From positions 48,353-112,352 of the forward strand of contig OMSW01000112.1 of assembly GCA_900290295.1 (NCBI GenBank): a DNA stretch of 64,000 nucleotides, written 5' to 3'. Under the pieces are notes generated by a model. That model was given only the letters and a program-made list of their open reading frames with translations, made no database searches and was not told the origin of the DNA. A program made the translations under genes and the position numbers. Within the stretch, counting starts at the first letter, position 1. Each line of letters starts with the position of its first letter. The stretch is from Burkholderiales bacterium. GTDB taxonomy: Bacteria; Pseudomonadota; Gammaproteobacteria; Burkholderiales; Burkholderiaceae_F. This document shows, in pieces, positions 63,346 through 64,000 of this stretch.

Positions 63346-63981
63346 ATGCCGGTAATTCTTGTTGCAAATTCAAAGGGCGGGGTTGGTAAGTCAACCGTCG
63401 CCTCCAATCTGGCCGGTTTCTATGCTGGCCGCGGCGAGCGCACAATGCTCGGTGATCTCGATCGTCAGCAGTCCATCGGTGGCTGGCTGAAGCTGCGCCC
63501 CGACAGCGTAGCCTCGATTACTACGTGGGATTTCTCCGACGGAGGTGTTGCCAAGCCGCCGCGCGGCGTCACGCATATCGTGCTCGACACGCCTTCCGGG
63601 ATCCACAGTACGGCCCTGAAGGATACCGTTCGGATTGCCGCGAAGATCATCGTTCCGTTGCAAGCATCGCTGTTCGACATTCAGGCGACCCATAGTTTCC
63701 TGGCCGAGCTCGCCGAATACGGAGCCACCACAGCGAATGGGCGCGTGGCAATTGTTGGCACGCGGGTTGACCCGCGCACCCGCGCCGCGAGCCAACTGGT
63801 GCGATACGTACAGGACACCGGTGTCGCATTCCTCGGATTCCTGCGCGATACGCAAAATTACGTGCAGCTTGCCGCCCAGGGTTTGACGCTGTGGGATGTC
63901 GCGCCGGCGCGCGTCCAGCAGGACCTGGAGCAGTGGACGCCGATCATCCACTGGACCAGCAACGGCCGGCGGACGGTTTGA
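63346..63981 (+). CDS. ParA family ATPase
   Basis: Deviant Walker A NSKGGVGKST, DLDRQ.S, LDTP, LRDTQNYV. Confidence 0.88.
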   Translation: MPVILVANSKGGVGKSTVASNLAGFYAGRGERTMLGDLDRQQSIGGWLKLRPDSVASITTWDFSDGGVAKPPRGVTHIVLDTPSGIHSTALKDTVRIAAKIIVPLQASLFDIQATHSFLAELAEYGATTANGRVAIVGTRVDPRTRAASQLVRYVQDTGVAFLGFLRDTQNYVQLAAQGLTLWDVAPARVQQDLEQWTPIIHWTSNGRRTV

Positions 63982-64000
63982 AGGTCCCGCACGCCGTTTG

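Overview
High-GC, mostly core-genome window from a Burkholderiales-like betaproteobacterium (inferred from gene content and order). Core genes: ubiD, maeB, rsmE, gap-pgk-fba-dgkA-purCEK-tsaC, msrA, pdxH, tcdA, glnS, ggt, ugpQ, fnr/hemN, alaS, valS-holC-pepA, lptFG, ilvD, lgt, EVE-6S RNA-zapA-zapB, and a cobalamin riboswitch with btuBCD. No rRNA, tRNA, CRISPR array or intact integrase/transposase was seen. Best candidates for new biology: (1) an accessory three-gene cyclic-nucleotide module (CRP-family regulator, CHASE2-class III cyclase with Asn instead of the canonical Lys specificity residue, DUF928-like partner) between lgt and EVE; (2) an unannotated ~110-nt hairpin sRNA with its own sigma70 promoter, an anti-Shine-Dalgarno loop and a U tail; (3) a ~95-aa insertion in the catalytic domain of GlnRS; (4) a ~330-bp diverged direct repeat of the valS 3' end flanking a small secreted Cys protein and an HTH relic; (5) a motif-degenerate GT2 in an ECF sigma/anti-sigma operon; (6) two pseudogene relics; (7) IHF, sigma54 and sigma70 sites plus a long structured leader upstream of an SLT gene. 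All family assignments come from motif recognition by eye, not database searches.
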